Of a stretch of DNA of 64,000 nt, positions 1 to 14,780 are shown piece by piece. Below the pieces are notes generated by a model. The model did not search any database, was not told the DNA's origin, and saw only the letters and a program-made list of their open reading frames with translations. The stretch's first letter is position 1, and every line of letters starts with the position of its first letter. Location: positions 13,640,372-13,704,371 of the forward strand of contig CM119271.1 in NCBI GenBank assembly GCA_051294375.1, given 5' to 3'. A program made the translations under genes and the position numbers. The stretch comes from Paraspadella gotoi (Eukaryota > Animalia > Chaetognatha).

Positions 1-1820
1 TTTGAGTTTTGTGAGTTTTGTGAGAATGTCTGATGTCTGGTTAGTTTTGTGATGCGAGGGAGTGAAACGGTTAGAGAGATTTAATCCTTGAATTTTCTTA
101 TCTCGCTGTAGAANNNNNNNNNNNNNNNNNNNNNNNNNNNNNNNNNNNNNNNNNNNNNNNNNNNNNNNNNNNNNNNNNNNNNNNNNNNNNNNNNNNNNNN
201 NNNNNNNNNNNNNNNNNNNNNNNNNNNNNNNNNNNNNNNNNNNNNNNNNNNNNNNNNNNNNNNNNNNNNNNNNNNNNNNNNNNNNNNNNNNNNNNNNNNN
301 NNNNNNNNNNNNNNNNNNNNNNNNNNNNNNNNNNNNNNNNNNNNNNNNNNNNNNNNNNNNNNNNNNNNNNNNNNNNNNNNNNNNNNNNNNNNNNNNNNNN
401 NNNNNNNNNNNNNNNNNNNNNNNNNNNNNNNNNNNNNNNNNNNNNNNNNNNNNNNNNNNNNNNNNNNNNNNNNNNNNNNNNNNNNNNNNNNNNNNNNNNN
501 NNNNNNNNNNNNNNNNNNNNNNNNNNNNNNNNNNNNNNNNNNNNNNNNNNNNNNNNNNNNNNNNNNNNNNNNNNNNNNNNNNNNNNNNNNNNNNNNNNNN
601 NNNNNNNNNNNNNNNNNNNNNNNNNNNNNNNNNNNNNNNNNNNNNNNNNNNNNNNNNNNNNNNNNNNNNNNNNNNNNNNNNNNNNNNNNNNNNNNNNNNN
701 NNNNNCTTTTTTTTTTTCCTTTTTTTTTTCTTTTTTTTTCATGGCGTCTGATCTTTCTTTTTTGCTCCTTGATTGGTCGAAGTGTTATTTTTTTTCTCTC
801 AGTTCTTTGAAAGGGTTGATATATATTTAATCTTTTTTTTATGTATTTTCACTGATTAGCCAAATTGTGGCGGGACTAATCATTACCAGAAAAAATTTGC
901 TTTTGAAATATTGATAAGAATTTAACTGTTTTTGTTAAATTAGCTAACTTAATTTTTGATCTATTATCTATTTTATTATTTTCTACTTTTTTAGATACCG
1001 GATTTAAGCCGTTGAAAATCCGGTTCGGATCAGAAAGCGAAAAAAAAATCGACCAAAACAAAAAAAAAACTAGATTAAAAACAAAGAACACCAACGAAAA
1101 TAAAACAAAAACAAAAACGTTGACGAGGACAAAAAAAAACAAAAAAACAAAAGGACAAAACAAGTTAAAAAGAAAAAACAAAAGGACAAAACAAGATAAA
1201 AAGAAAAAACAAAAGGCTTGAGAGAGAAAAGGAAAAAGTTGACGACGAAACTTTTTTCTTTTTTTTTTTTNNNNNNNNNNNNNNNNNNNNNNNNNGGGCC
1301 ATCGAATAGAAGCCTTTTCGTACGGCTCGTGTCCGCCTCGTTGGAGCCCAACCTAGCCGCACGGGGACGAAGCTTCTGCCCCCCCCATGTGGAGAGCCAT
1401 TCGGGAAAGGCTGAGCGACTAGGGGGAAAGAAAGGTCACGGGAAATGACATTGTTTGCCAGTGAGAAGAATTCACGAAGTTGTTAGTACAAGGTTTTGGA
1501 TGTGAAAGTGAAAAATTGAGGTTGATTAGGGAATAAAACGGGATAGGGGAGGAGGAGAATGTGTGAGGTGATTTTAATGCTTCGTGAATAGGATGAATTT
1601 TCCCAGATGTAGGCGCAATGGTGCTACGCGCTTTTAACTTCGAACGTCAGGGTCGAGGGTTTCTCGGCCCACACGACAGGCAAGCCATTTGTTAGAGTTT
1701 AGGAAACATCAAGAAACAGGAGGAAAAATCTCATGGACCCACCCGGGTGTACACGATCTTGGGGGCACACTGATAGAGAGTGTTAGATGACTCTGGCTCT
1801 TTCACTTTCATGCCATACAA

Positions 1821-2477
1821 GGTCGTAGTAAATTTCTAAAATTTTAACTTTAATTAAAATTCTCATAAGTGTAGGAACGGATACAAAACATATATTTACT
1901 AATGAACATAAAATAAGTATTTTAAAAAAAAATTTATAATAAATTTTACAATTTTACGCAGTGGACCATATTTATACTAGTACTAAATCCGCAATAAATG
2001 TTAAAATTTCAAAAACAGCTTTTTTCTAGATTTTTTTTTTCTGCAGATCTTTGGATCGTCACAAAAAGTTGAATAAAACACAAAATATACACTCCTTTTT
2101 TAAAAAATTCCTTTCATTAATGGAGATAAAAAAGATTAGAAAAAACATATATTTTTAAGCTGAAAATTAATTTTTTATATATTAAAATATAGCTTTGTAA
2201 TTTTTAACCCACTTAATGAAAAGAATTTTATAAAAATAATTGTATATTGTCTTTTTAATCAACTTTTGACGATGGAATTCAAGATCATGCAATAAAAAAT
2301 TAGGAAAAGCCTATTTTGAAATTTTTTCTGATTATTATTATAGGATAGTACGATATATAAATATTATAGCCTAATGCGAAAATTAAAAAACATAAAATTA
2401 ATGTACAAATAATGTTCATGACTGGTATGTGTTCATAATTGACCTTTAGAATTTTCGTACGTAACTTTCACTACGCC
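1821..2477. mobile_element. Non-autonomous DNA transposon/MITE (GG..CC termini, Kolobok-like), noisy copy
   Basis: Starts GGtCGTAGTA and ends CACTACGCC-TTAT; reverse-orientation copy of the element at 35920-36525. Confidence 0.65.
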
Positions 2478-2899
2478 TTATAGCATACAACGCTAATTGT
2501 TTATCGTCAATGATAAACTTAACAACAGTTAATTTGGAAGCACGGCAGAATGATAGACGTTCTTTGCTTAAATTAGTTTAATTTGAAGGCATCCTTTAAA
2601 AATTTTGAATGAATATTTTCGGACAAGGTTATAAAATGACGTGAGAATTTGTAAAAAGATCCTTTTCGTCGCCAGAGGTGATGCGAGGCGATGTTATTTG
2701 AGTTTGTGTTTTTTGTGAGAACGTCTGATGTGTGGATTTAGTTTGTTGTTGATGGCCCGAGAGTAATTGTAGAAGGTTTGGTTGATTGAATACACGGTTA
2801 TTGTAGAGTATACTTTTAATTTCACGAACACTTGAAATTTAGTTTCCCTCCGTTTATTGGTCGCTTCTTTTATAACTTTTCTCTTCTTACGTTATTGGA

Positions 2900-4950
2900 A
2901 AAAAAAATACAGTGCGTTCTCTGCCACGTTTGTTATTTTTAAGATTTTTTTATTTCTTTGTTACATTGGAATCATTTTTCACTCACGATAATTTATGAAA
3001 GTGTCTGTTAAACACATTACTCAGATTTCCTGTATAGCGAGAAAAGTCGTATATTACCCACACCCCTCTGTGGTATTAAAAGCAGTATTTTTATTCTAAT
3101 TGAAAACAGTGAGAGAAGCTAGCATAAAATTATAGGAAGAAAACGAGAGAGAGATAGGAAAGAATAAAAATAAAGAGAAGGAATTGTTATGTTTTGTAAG
3201 ATTTTAAACTGTCACCATGCACACGGAAAGGCTCCAATTTTACAACAATCGAATGATGTTATTGTTGACAGAAGTAATTATAACGTTTTTATTTCTTTTT
3301 TCTTGAAATAATCGTATTTCCCCACCTCCACTCCCACCCCTCAACATCCTCCCACCCCCGCTATCACATCCTCCCCATATCCCTCCTCTCTGCCCATCCC
3401 CATCATCCTAGCGCACATCCCGGTGTTTATTTGAAATTTTTTATATATCTGCTTTTACATTGGAGCGTTTATTCTTTCGTCATTTCCTTTTCTTTGTTTT
3501 TTAAGTTGCTATCTGATATCACCTCTAATGCACAAACAACGCTATCAAATTTTTTGGATGAAATATCGTCATAGATGCCGCTGTATTTAACGTTTTTTAA
3601 TTACTCTTTCTACTTTTAGTATAAGTCGTATTACTTTTCGTGTATTTTTTTATATGTTTTTTACATTGGAAAACAGTTGTAGCCGGTTTTGTTTTTTTTT
3701 ATTAAAAGTTTTTTTTATCTATTTATACAATTGAAATATCGTTTTCTGTGTAAATATTATTTAAAGTTTTTCCATCTTTTTACCAGAGAAAAAGTCGTTC
3801 TTCTGAGTGTATTTATTTGAAAACAGTTTTTATAAAAGAATCTTTTGAGAGTGAGGAAGCTACATTAAAATTAAGAGAAGGAGAGGAGGAGACTCAATAA
3901 TAGAGAGGAATGATTGTTTGTTTTGATAAAAAGATATTGTAATTAACATGGTCGCCTCTGTACGATTGAGAGTACCTCAATTTAACACCCCTCGATGATG
4001 TTTATTTTGCAGAGTATTCGTTTTTAAAATTTCTTTTTTCCTTTTGAAAGAAGTATCGTTTTTCCAACATACCCCAACCCGCGACACCCCATCTCGCGAA
4101 CTGTGATTTTTATGAAATTATTTAATTATGTCTCTTTTACATATGGAAAAAGCGTTTTCTTTGATTTTAAAGTTGTTAATCATCTTTGGAAAATGTTCGT
4201 CTGTGGACCGGTGTAATTTTACGTTTTTATTACTTAGTTAACTTTAGAAAAGATCGTTTATTTTATTCATTATCAATGTTTTTTAGTAATACTCTTTTTA
4301 CATTTAGAAAAACGTTTTCTCCTTTGTTTTTTTAAAGTTGTTATCGAGACCATCTTTGAAAATGTCGTCACTGGCGCTGTATTTATAAACGTTTTAATGA
4401 ATACAATATGCATTTTTTTATATGTTAGAAATAGTCGATTTTTTCGGTGTTTTTTTTATGATAGATGATTTTTACATTGGAAAAAAAACGTTTGCTACCG
4501 TTTTTATTTTTAAAGTTTTTTATATCTTTTTACATTGAAAGGTAATCGTTTTTCGTACCTGATTAGTTTTTAAGTTTTTCATATTATCTTTTTAGCAAGA
4601 AAAAGTCGTCTTCCTGGCCTGTTGTATTCTTATACACGTTTTGTAATACTATTGGGGTGGAGAGAAAAGCTACATAAAATTAGAAAAAGAGAGAGAGAAT
4701 GTGAGACCATAAATAAGAGGGATTTGGTTTTAGTTTTGTGGATTAAAAGATATTAATTAACTTGTCCTCACGACTCGAGCTGTATGGATATGCCCAATTT
4801 AACACCTCGATGATGTTATTTGCAGAATATTAAACGTTTTTAAATTTTCTTTTTATTTGAAAATAATCGTTTTCGGTGTTTAAAAAGATTTTTATCCTCT
4901 TTTTAACTATTGGAATAAGACGTTAAATTTGCCATTTCTTTGTTTATAGA
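2900..4950. repeat. AT-rich tandem array, about three degenerate ~770-bp units
   Basis: Marker 'gaagcta(g)cataaaatta' recurs near 3115, 3856 and 4665; 'ttttacattggaaaa..cgttt' subrepeats recur throughout. Confidence 0.55.
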
Positions 4951-5169
4951 AGAATTAAAGTAATTATGCATTCATGGAGGGAAAAAATATACGTAGGGGG
5001 ATTTTTGAGAGAGTAAGAGAGAGAAAGAGAGAAGATGAGAGGAGAGAGAGAGAGAGGAAAGATGAGAAAGCGAGATTAGAAAAATATGCGGGGGGAACGC
5101 CCCTGTTAGGCGCCTTAAACCACCAGACTTAAAAAAAAATGTGAGTGGCGATCAAGATTGGTGTGGACC

Positions 5170-5203
5170 TAAGAAAAAGCTGGAGCAGACTGAGGAGGAA
5201 GAG

Positions 5204-5240
<37 letters not shown>

Positions 5241-8200
5241 AAAGATTAAACGGGGAGGAGGTAGGAAATAAAATAAGAAAGAAGTCGTGGATAAGTGGTT
5301 TGGGGAGAGAAGAGATTACGATTTGAAGAGAGGAAAGTGGAAAAGAATAAAAAAAGGAGAGGGAGGAAAGATAGAGAAGAAAAGAAAAAGAAAAGAAAAG
5401 AATAAGCGCCCATGAGTAAGGGAATCAACATATCGCGAATAAAGAAAATTCTCATCGAATGAGACTGGAGGAAAATAAAAAATAAAATTTAAATAGTAAA
5501 AAGAGAAAAATTAAATTTCAGGAGAGAAATTGAGAGTTTGAAATAAAGAAGTACCGAACTTATTAAGAGTTTCTTTTTTCCCCATCTTATTGCGGTTGGA
5601 TAGCTCTAACTTTCTTTTTTTTCTAACGCGGTCAACGTCCAGAAAAGCAGGTCGAGCCTTACCTTTTTCTACTGAGACGGAAGTACTACAATTTCTTCGC
5701 TGAGGAAAAGAGCCTTGGTTTTTAATATGCCAAAAGGGATAGTGCGCCCGAGAACTTAGAAATCCGCATAAATTTTAACAAAAGTAGCTACTTACCCTTC
5801 AGCCCCCGCCGATCTTTGACCGGGAAAATACCTCTCTTCGAAATACTCAAGCCAGAATCATTTGACCCGCTCCCTGTTTTTCTTCTGAAGCCGCCAAGTC
5901 GTTGACCTAAGCCTGGACCGCTCTGGCCTGCCGCCCTGGAACCGCCTGACGCCCGCCCTTGGCCACATCTGGCCCGCCTGGCCCGGCCTCAATCGTTGTC
6001 ACCCTAATCGTCTGACTTTCATATCAAAAATCCGTTCGCGACGCCGTTTCGAGTTTAGCTTTTACACTTGAGATACCCTTATTGAAAATACTCCGTTGAA
6101 CGGAATTGATTAATTTGCCTTCATTCATTCGTTTATTCCTTTTTTTAGTTAGCGACTCGCGAAACACTCGTGGAGGGCAACTCTATAAGTTCACTTTCCG
6201 GTCAGTCGGTCGTCGGTATTTCTGTAACGCCCGGTCTGTCCCACCTTTTGTTAAAAAATGTCAATTAACTCGCCTGGAGTTTGTTGCTCAATTATTAAAG
6301 TAGACGAGAATCTCGCTTAAAAATTCAACATTTTTAATAGAGATTTACGTTAAAATCTGACTACCCCAACATTGCAAACGAGATTGCCAAGAAATTTGGG
6401 TAAAAACAGTTGTAAAAAACACAGACGATTCGATAAGCGTTATATCTTAAGAGCTAGCCAAATTCGTCTTATGGCATTTGATAAAGGAATTTTAAATATC
6501 CAAACAAGCCAGGGGGAATGCCACTAGTCATAATCCGGAGAATTTTCAACCGTTGTTTTTACTATAGAAATGAAAGGGAAAGTTTGCTTTTCCAAAAATT
6601 GTAAACGGGGCTAGGGTATGTTAAACATTATAAATTTACTTCAAAATTTTGAGATTTAGAAGCCTCTTGTCTCAAGAGCTTGCCAAATTTTTTCTTTTCA
6701 TTATTGACATAAACTCTCAATAGTAAACCAACGTTGTAAAAGTCCCATTGGTCCTGGTTTGACAAAAATGAAATTTTTATTTAATAAGTTAATTAAAAAG
6801 GAAGGTATTTGGACACACACAAACTGGATTTTTCAACCTGATATCGTCTTTAACGGGTAAACAAAGATACAGGGATGGCAATAGTACCGAAAAATGTAAG
6901 CATAATCTTGTGAGCAACATACAATTACAATATTAAAATTATTTTTGCTGAAACCTCTTTAACAGGGTGTGTGTCATAAACTAAAGTTCAAAATTATAAT
7001 GAATTTAAAAAAGTCTTAATAGAAACCCACATAAAATAAATGAAAATCTAAATTTCATTTTTAGTGATTCTGAAAGAGAGAGAAAGGCGTAAATTGTACA
7101 TCACAGGTAAAAACTTTAAAGTTTTATTGGATAAAAGAAAATATAAATTTTTTTTTTCACTTAAAATATTTGCTTGACTGATATTACAAGCATGCTTACA
7201 AAATTCTAAACAAAATATTATTCACTACGTGGCCCATCAAAATAGCCTAAACTATTTTATCTTTCTTTTTCCAGGCCGCCCCCAGCAAAATATTATACAT
7301 TAAATTTATGTTAGAGAACAGAGGATGTTTACCCCTGAATGAGTTCTGGAAGACGTTCAAATACTTCACTTAATTTATTTTTCATATAAATTAAAATAGC
7401 GGCGAATCTTTTATATTATTTACTCTTCAACAGGTCTTTACAAGAACATTTTACTGTTCATAATATCCCAAATGATTAATCGTAAAATTCATTAAATAAT
7501 ATTTTTAACACCAAAATCATAAAATAACAGTAAGATTGTGGATTCCTTCAGCTAGTTAAAGAAAAAAAATTTAACTAAGCGAATTATACAGTTTGTAAGA
7601 GAAAGTCCAGGAGATCGGCGAAATCTTAAAAGGCGAGAATGTTGAAAAAAAAGGGGTGGAATTTTGATGGGTTTCCTCATAGATTTCTCCAAGCAATGTG
7701 AGGTCCGCTTAAAGCGAAACTTGTGATTTAACAATACTCCCAGTCATTTCGCATCATCTATCGATATAAAAATATAAGAAAAAAGTCAGCTGCTTCCTCT
7801 TTCTATAGCGGCTTCCTAATTAAGACAGGAAAAAAAAAAATTAAAATCTAAGTGACTACCAGCGCCACTTTAGAAAATTCTAAAACTATAAAGAATAAGA
7901 CGAGATTTCGACGAAAGTGCGCGTCGAAATATACTATCAGGTACAGAAGCAACTGGCGCAGCGTAACACACACACATTTGAATTTCCGTTCTGTTTCTTT
8001 TTTTTCATCCATGTTGGATAAGACTTTGTAGCAGAGGCACATTTTTTTTATTTATTATTAGTGATACTATACTTATCTGGTTACCCGAATGACACTTCAA
8101 ACGCAACGCCAAGACAAATCCCGAAGCTGACGCCCTTTGGTTTTTAGCCGTTCCCTACTCCATCGACGAGTTAAAATCCTGACTCGCGAGGTTTTTTTCT

Positions 8201-9927
8201 CTCCTTTCCTGAAAATCCCCGATCTTCCACTCTCCCTACACCCTCCAAGTCCGTACTTCAAAACCCCGGTCTGCACTTTCTGACCAGGGCCCTATCTCTC
8301 TCTCGCCAACACACCCGCCCCCACCCCCAAACTTCAAAACGTCGATCGGCTTTCGGAAAGCCTCATTCTCTGTTCCTCACATAATCAAAGCGAAAGAAAA
8401 AAAAAAAAAGAAAAACGGGGCGGGTTGTGGGAGAGAGAGATAGGGCCCTGGTCAAGAAAGTGCAGACCGGGGTTTGAAGTACGGACTGGAGGTGTAGGGG
8501 AGTGGAGATCGGGATTTCAGGAAAGGGAGAAAACCTCGCGGTCAGGATTTTAACGCGTCGATGAGTAGCAACTGGCTAAAAACCAAAGGGTCAGCTCGGG
8601 ATTGTCTTGGCGTTGCTTGAATGTCATTCGGGTAACAAGATAAGTATATATCACTACTAAATAAAAAAATACCCTCTGCTACAAAGTCTTATCCAAATGG
8701 ATGGAAAAAAAAGAAAACAAGAACGGAAATTCAAATGTGTGTTACGCCGCAGTTGCTTTCTTAGCCTGTGTATATTCGACGCGCACTTCGTCGAAATCTC
8801 GTCTTTTATTCTTTATAGTTTTAGAATTTTCTAAAGGTGGCGCTGGTAGTCACTTAGATTTTAATTTTTTTTTTTTCTGTCTTAATAATTGAGCAACAAA
8901 CTCCAGGCGAGTTATGAGCATTTTTAACAAAAGTGGGACAGACCGGCGTACAGAAATACCGACCGACCGACAGACCGAAAAGTGACTTATAGAGTTGCTC
9001 CACGAGTGTTCGCGACGCAACTAAAAAAGAATAACAAATGAATGAAGGCAAATTAATCAATCCGTTCAACGGAGTATTTCAATAAGGGTTTCATCTCAAG
9101 GGTAAAAGCTTAAAACTCGAAACGGGCGAACGGATTTTTGAATGAAAGTCAGACGATTAGGGACCAACGTTGAGCCGGGCCAGGCGGGCCAGACGGGCCA
9201 GGCGGGCCAGGCGGTCCAGGCGGGCCAGGCGGTCCAGGCTTAGGTCAACGACTGGCGGTCAGAAGGCAAAACAGGCGGCGGTCAAAGATCTGGCTGGATG
9301 TTCCGAAGAGAGATTTTCCCGGTCAAAGATCGCGGGGGCTGATGTAAGTAGCTCTTGTAAAAGTTATGGGATTTCAAGTCGGTGGCGCAGATCCCTTGGC
9401 AAATAAAACCAAGGCCTCCTCAGCGAAGAAAAAGGTAAGTACTCGTCTCAGTAAGAAGGTAAGGTCGACCTGACTTTTCTGGACGTTGACCGCGTGAAAA
9501 AAAGAAAGTTAGAGCTTCAACCGAGATGGGGGAAAAAAAAGAAACTCTTAATAAGTTCGGTCTTCTTTATTTCAACTTCTCAATTTCTGAAATTAATTTT
9601 TTTTTTTTACATTTAAATTTTATTTTTTAATTTTTTCCTCAGTCAGTCATAGAATTTTCTTTATTCGCGATATGGTTGATTCCTTACTCATGGCGCTTTT
9701 CTTTTCTTTTCTTTTCTTTTCTTCTCTATCTTTCCTCCCTCCCTTTTTTATTTCTTTCCTACTTCCTCTCTTCAAATCGTAATCTCTCTCTCCCCAAACA
9801 CTATCCACGACTTCTTTCTTTTTATTTCCTACCTCCCCCTTTAATCTTTCCTTCCTGTCTCTCTCTCTCTCTCTCTCTCTCTCGTCCTTCACACTCTCCT
9901 CACTCAGTCTGGCACCAGTTTTTCTTC
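5170..9927. repeat. Large inverted duplication (fold-back 1)
   Basis: 5170-6298 plus 7820-8321 is the reverse complement of 8417-9927, with many small indels. Confidence 0.85.
6299..7819. mobile_element. ~1.5-kb insertion flanked by a TTAA target-site duplication
   Basis: Left arm reads gctcaattaTTAA[insert]TTAAgacagg. The mirrored arm (~8880) has the empty site gctcaattaTTAAgacag, and a related repeat at ~25860 is also empty. Related sequence at ~41620-41660 and ~37600. Confidence 0.65.
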
Positions 9928-10817
9928 CGAGACTCGTTTTCAAAGGGAAAACCCACTCCTCCTCCTCTTCCTCCTCTTCCTCTTCCTCCTCTTCCTCCTC
10001 CTTAGCATCTTCGAATAGATTTACTGCTCTCGCCTACAAAAATGTAAAAGGGGATGAGAACGCATTAGTTTTTTATGACTCCTGTTTTTTTAATTTTTTT
10101 TCTTTTTTTTTGTTTCCATAAAAGTTTTAAAAAAATGTTTTACTAAAATATTAGACCTACGAATTAAATTATTTAAAAAATGCACTTTGTTGTAAAAAGG
10201 AAAAACGTATTGAAACGAAATAACAAGAAAAAAATCTCTTTTTTTTAATTATCAGTTTAGAAAGAAAAAATAAATGAGCATCGACGGAAAACGACGACAG
10301 CGCCCCTAACGTAACTAGACTGGAATCACGTGATCAGAATTATTATGAAACAAATCGATTATAGCATTTAAAAAGCAAGTAATCCAAACGATACCGACTA
10401 GTATAATATAGTATAGTAAAAACTAGTGCGAGATACTGCATTTGATAAAAACTCCCTCTCAGTTTTTAAATGTATTTGTTTGGGCGAAAAGTTTGACAGT
10501 CAACGATGATAGTTCTAAGAGAAGTTGTGACAGACTGAGGATAAGGTGACATTCTAAGAGAAGTTGTGATAGACTGAGGATAAGGTGACATTCATAGGAC
10601 GGTATGTTTTCACTTTTCACATGGCATCATATCAGTGATAATCATAATCGATAATCAGCTTTGCAAACAGCCGATACTATCATGGCAAAAAAATCGGTCA
10701 TCGGATCAAGAAAATGGATCATCACGTCGGGAAAGCGATGATCGTTCTATGTAATAGATCGAAGAGGAAAGGAAAACGAGACAGAGAGAGAGNNNNNNNN
10801 NNNNNNNNNNNNNNNNN

Positions 10818-11081
10818 TATTTTACGCATTTAAACGAAAGGCACTTATCTATTGGGTGCATTGGTTTTTTCGGGATGAAAACTTTTCAAACTTGAGATCA
10901 AAACCTGGAAGAGAAGCTCGCGTCAAAAAGAAAAAAAGAAAAAAAAAAAAAAGAAAAAAAAAAGAAAATAAAAAGACCTTGTGTCGCGTGACCTTGGAAG
11001 TTCTGGCCCAAAAGGGCGGGGCTGAGTTTGGCCTCTTGATCGCTCGAGCACTTAAGACTCAAAGGGGATGTGGAGATGGAA

Positions 11082-11116
<35 letters not shown>

Positions 11117-12377
11117 CCACATTTCGCTCTCATAACGACGACGAATTACAAAATTAATGAAATAATAAACGAAAAACTTCGAAACTAATTAAAGACAAAA
11201 AAGAAAAGATCATTTTAAGAATTAACGTCATCGTTCGCCAGCCTTCGCCACCCCACGGTGTAAACAACCGCCCCGCGCTGCGCCGCCATCCAAGACCGCC
11301 GCTCCGTCGACGGCTTTCATCTTCGCCGCCTTCGCCGCCACGAGAAACACCCGGCCGCCGCCGCCATCCAAGACCGCCGCATTCCCGTCGACGGCTTTCA
11401 TCTTCGCCGCCTTCGCCGCCACGGAAAACACCGCCGCCGCCGCATCCAAGACCGCCGCTCCCGTCGACGGCTTTCATCTTCGCCCGCCTTCGCCGCCACG
11501 GAAAACACCGCCGCCGCCGCCATCCAAGACCGCCGCTCCCATCGACGGCTTTCATCTTTCGCCGCCTTCGCCGCTACAGTTTAAACCGCCGCCGCCATCC
11601 CAGATCGCAGCCGCCGTGGACTAGCCCCGCCTTCCGCCGCCTTCGCCGCCATTTGTTTAATCCCGCCATCGCCGCCATATGAGACAACGCCGCTCACTGC
11701 CTCTCACCGCTATCGCCTTCCGCCGCCTTCCACCGCCTCGCGCCTTCCCGCCCTTTCGCCGCCTTCCTGACCGCCACTCCGCCGCCGTTCCGCCGCTCCG
11801 CCCGCCTTTCGCCGCCTTCCGCCGCCCTCCGCCGCCTTCCGCCGCCGCCTCCGCCGCCCTCCGCCGCCCTCCGCCGCCCTCCGCCGCCTCTCGCCGCCTT
11901 CCGCCGCCCTCCGCCGCCCTCCGCGCGTGCCACCGATCAATACACGTGAGGAATAAAACGTCGAAGTTAAACGAAGGAAAGAAAAAAAAAGTTTTCCTCG
12001 TAAAAACTTCGTTCGAGGAAGAAGATCTCACTGGTGTTTGTTGTTGTTGTTTGTCGTGATATTTGTTTTAGTTGTTGTTGTTCTTGTTGCATTAGTTGTT
12101 AACTTGTTATTGTATTTGTTTTTTGTTATATTGCTTTACTTTGTGGTTGTAGTAATATTCGTATAAGTCGTATTAGATGTAGTAGTTGTATTAATGTATT
12201 GTTGAATTAGTTGTATGAGTTTTATTAGTTGGTATTAGTTCCTGTTGTATTTTCATGGTTGTAATTAGTTTATTTATTGTTGTTGTCGTCGTCGTTGTTG
12301 TCGTCGTTCCATGTTAACAGCCCCTTCGTGCTCGGAGTCGTTTATCCCAGTTTATGACTTTTTCTTACGCAAGAGCC

Positions 12378-12427
<50 letters not shown>

Positions 12428-12723
12428 CTCTCCTTCTTTCTCTCTCTCTCTTCCCTCCCTTCTCTCTCTCTTTCTCTCCTCTCTCTCTCTCTTCGTCTCT
12501 CTCTCTCTCTCTCTCCTCTCTCCTCTTCTCTTTCTCTCTCTCCCTCCCTTTCTCTCTCTCTTTCTCCTCCTCTTCTCTCTCCTCTCTCTTTTCTCTCCTC
12601 TCTCTCCTCTCTCTCTCATTCTCTCTCTCTCTCCCTCTGCCTCTTCTCTCCCTCTCTCTCTCTCTCTCTCTCCTCTCTCTTTCTCTCCCTCTCTCTCTCT
12701 CTTCTCCCTCCCTTCTCCTTCTC

Positions 12724-12769
<46 letters not shown>

Positions 12770-12800
12770 CTCCTCTCTCCCTCCCTCTCTCCCTCTCCCC

Positions 12801-12840
<40 letters not shown>

Positions 12841-14581
12841 TCTTGCGAAGAAAAAGTCATAAACTGGGATAACGACTCCGAGCAACGAAGGAGGCTGTTA
12901 ACATGGAACGACGACAACAACGACGACGACAACAACAATAAATAAAACTAATACAACCATGAAAAATACAACAGGAACTAATACAACTAATAAAACTCAT
13001 ACAACTAATTCAACAAATACAATTAATACAACTACTACATCTAATACGACTTATACGAATATTACTACAACCACAAAGTAAAGCAAATATAACAAAAACA
13101 AATACAATAACAAGTTAACAACTAATGCAACAAGAACAACAACAACTAAAACAAATATCACGACAACAACAACAACAACACCAGGTGAGATCTTCTTCCT
13201 CGAACGAAGTTTTTACGAGGAAAACTTTTTTTTTTCTTTCCTTCGTTTAACTTCGACGTTTTATTCCTCACGTTATTGATCGGTGGCGGCGGAGGGCGGC
13301 GGAGGGCGGCGGCGAGGCAGCGCGAAGGCGCGGAGGGCTCGCGGAAGCGCGGCGAAGGCGGCGAGGGCGAAGGCGGCGAAAGGCGGCGGAGGCGCGCGAA
13401 GGCGGCGGAGGCGGTGGAAGGTCGGCGGAAGGCGATAGCGGTGAGAGGGCAGTGAAGCGGTTGTCTCATATGGCGGCGATGGCGGAATTAAACAATGGCG
13501 TGCGGAAGGCGGCGGAAGGCGGACATAGGGTAGTCCACGGCGGCTGCATCTGGCGGATGGCGGCGGCGGTTTAAACTGTAGCGGCGAAGGCGGCAAGCAT
13601 GAAAGCCGTCCACGGGAGCGGCGGGTCTTGCGATCGCGGCGGCTGCGGTGTTTACGCGCGGAGGAAGCGCGAACGATGAAAGCCGCGACGGGAGAGCCGT
13701 GCGCGTCTTGCATTGGCGAGCGCGCGTGGCGCTTTTACCGCTGCGCGGCGAAAGGCGCGAAGCCCAATGAAAAGACCCGGACGGGAGCTCTGCGCGGTCT
13801 TGTGCTCCGGAATGGTGGTTATCCGCGGCGGACGTTTTTACCCTTGCGGCGAAGGCGGCGAAGATGAACAGCCGTCGACGTCGAGCGGCGGTCTTGGATG
13901 CGCCGGCGCGCTCGGTGTTTACCGTTGGCGGCCGAAGGCGGCGCAAGATGAAGCCGTCACGGGCAGCGGCGTCTTGAGATGCGGCGTGCGCTGTTACGTC
14001 CTACGCGGCGAAGGCCGAAGATGATAAGCTCTAAACGCGTCGCGGGGGAGCGCTGTTCTTGGCGAATGCCTACGCCGCGCGTGTTTACCGTGGCGGCGAA
14101 GGCGGCGAAGATGAAAGCCGTCGACGGGAGCGGCGGTCTTGGATGGCGGCGGCGGCGGTGTTTACCGTGGCGGCGAAGGCGGCGAAGATGACGTTAATTC
14201 TTAAAATTATCTTTTTTTTTCTTTAATTCGTTTCGAAGTTTTTCGTTTATTTCATTAATTTTGTAATTCGTCGTCGTTATTGAGAGCGAATGTGGTCGTC
14301 GTCGTCGTCGTCGTCGTCGTTTCCATCTCCACATCCCCTTTGAGTCTTAAGGTGCTCGAGCGATCAAGAGGCCAAACTCAGCCCCGCCCTTTTTGGGGCC
14401 AGAACTTCCAAGGTCACGCGACACAAGGTCTTTTTATTTTCTTTTTTTTTTTCTTTTTTTTTTCTTTTTTTCTTTTGACGCGAGCTTCTCTTCCAGGTTT
14501 TGATCTCAAGTTTGAAAAGTTTTCATCCCGAAAAAACCAATGCACCCAATAGATAAGTGCCTTTCGTTTAATGCGTAAAAA
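10818..14581. repeat. Large inverted duplication (fold-back 2) centred on a CT/GA tract
   Basis: 10818-12380 is the reverse complement of 12836-14581. 14925-16500 is a further error-rich direct copy of ~13225-14925. Confidence 0.85.
11230..11600. repeat. GC-rich ~69-bp minisatellite
   Basis: Unit ccgccgccatccaagaccgccgctcccgtcgacggctttcatcttcgccgccttcgccgccacgg(t)aaaca repeated about 5 times; mirrored at 13480-14190 and 15230-15720. Confidence 0.85.
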
Positions 14582-14780
14582 GATTTATAACATGAGTGCG
14601 CGAAGTTATGAATTATCCGGACGCAAAAATGAATCCGCTCTCGATAAAGAGATAAACATCTACATGTAAATTGGAATAAACGGATATAAAAAATTATTCT
14701 ATGGAGAGGCGAGGGTAGTTAAAGCCTACATAACTTTAATATAATAATGAAAATTATTAATAATATTATATTAAAGTGTA

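Noticed and set aside
98-742. ORFs spanning N runs (also 21.4-22.1, 43.6-44.2 and 44.8-45.4 kb)
   Set aside because: Gap artefacts, except the VWA exon fragment at 44801/44981.
12311-12938. (SL)n/(RE)n ORFs here and at 20.7, 22.5, 26.6, 32, 48-49 and 61 kb
   Set aside because: (CT)n/(GA)n microsatellites.
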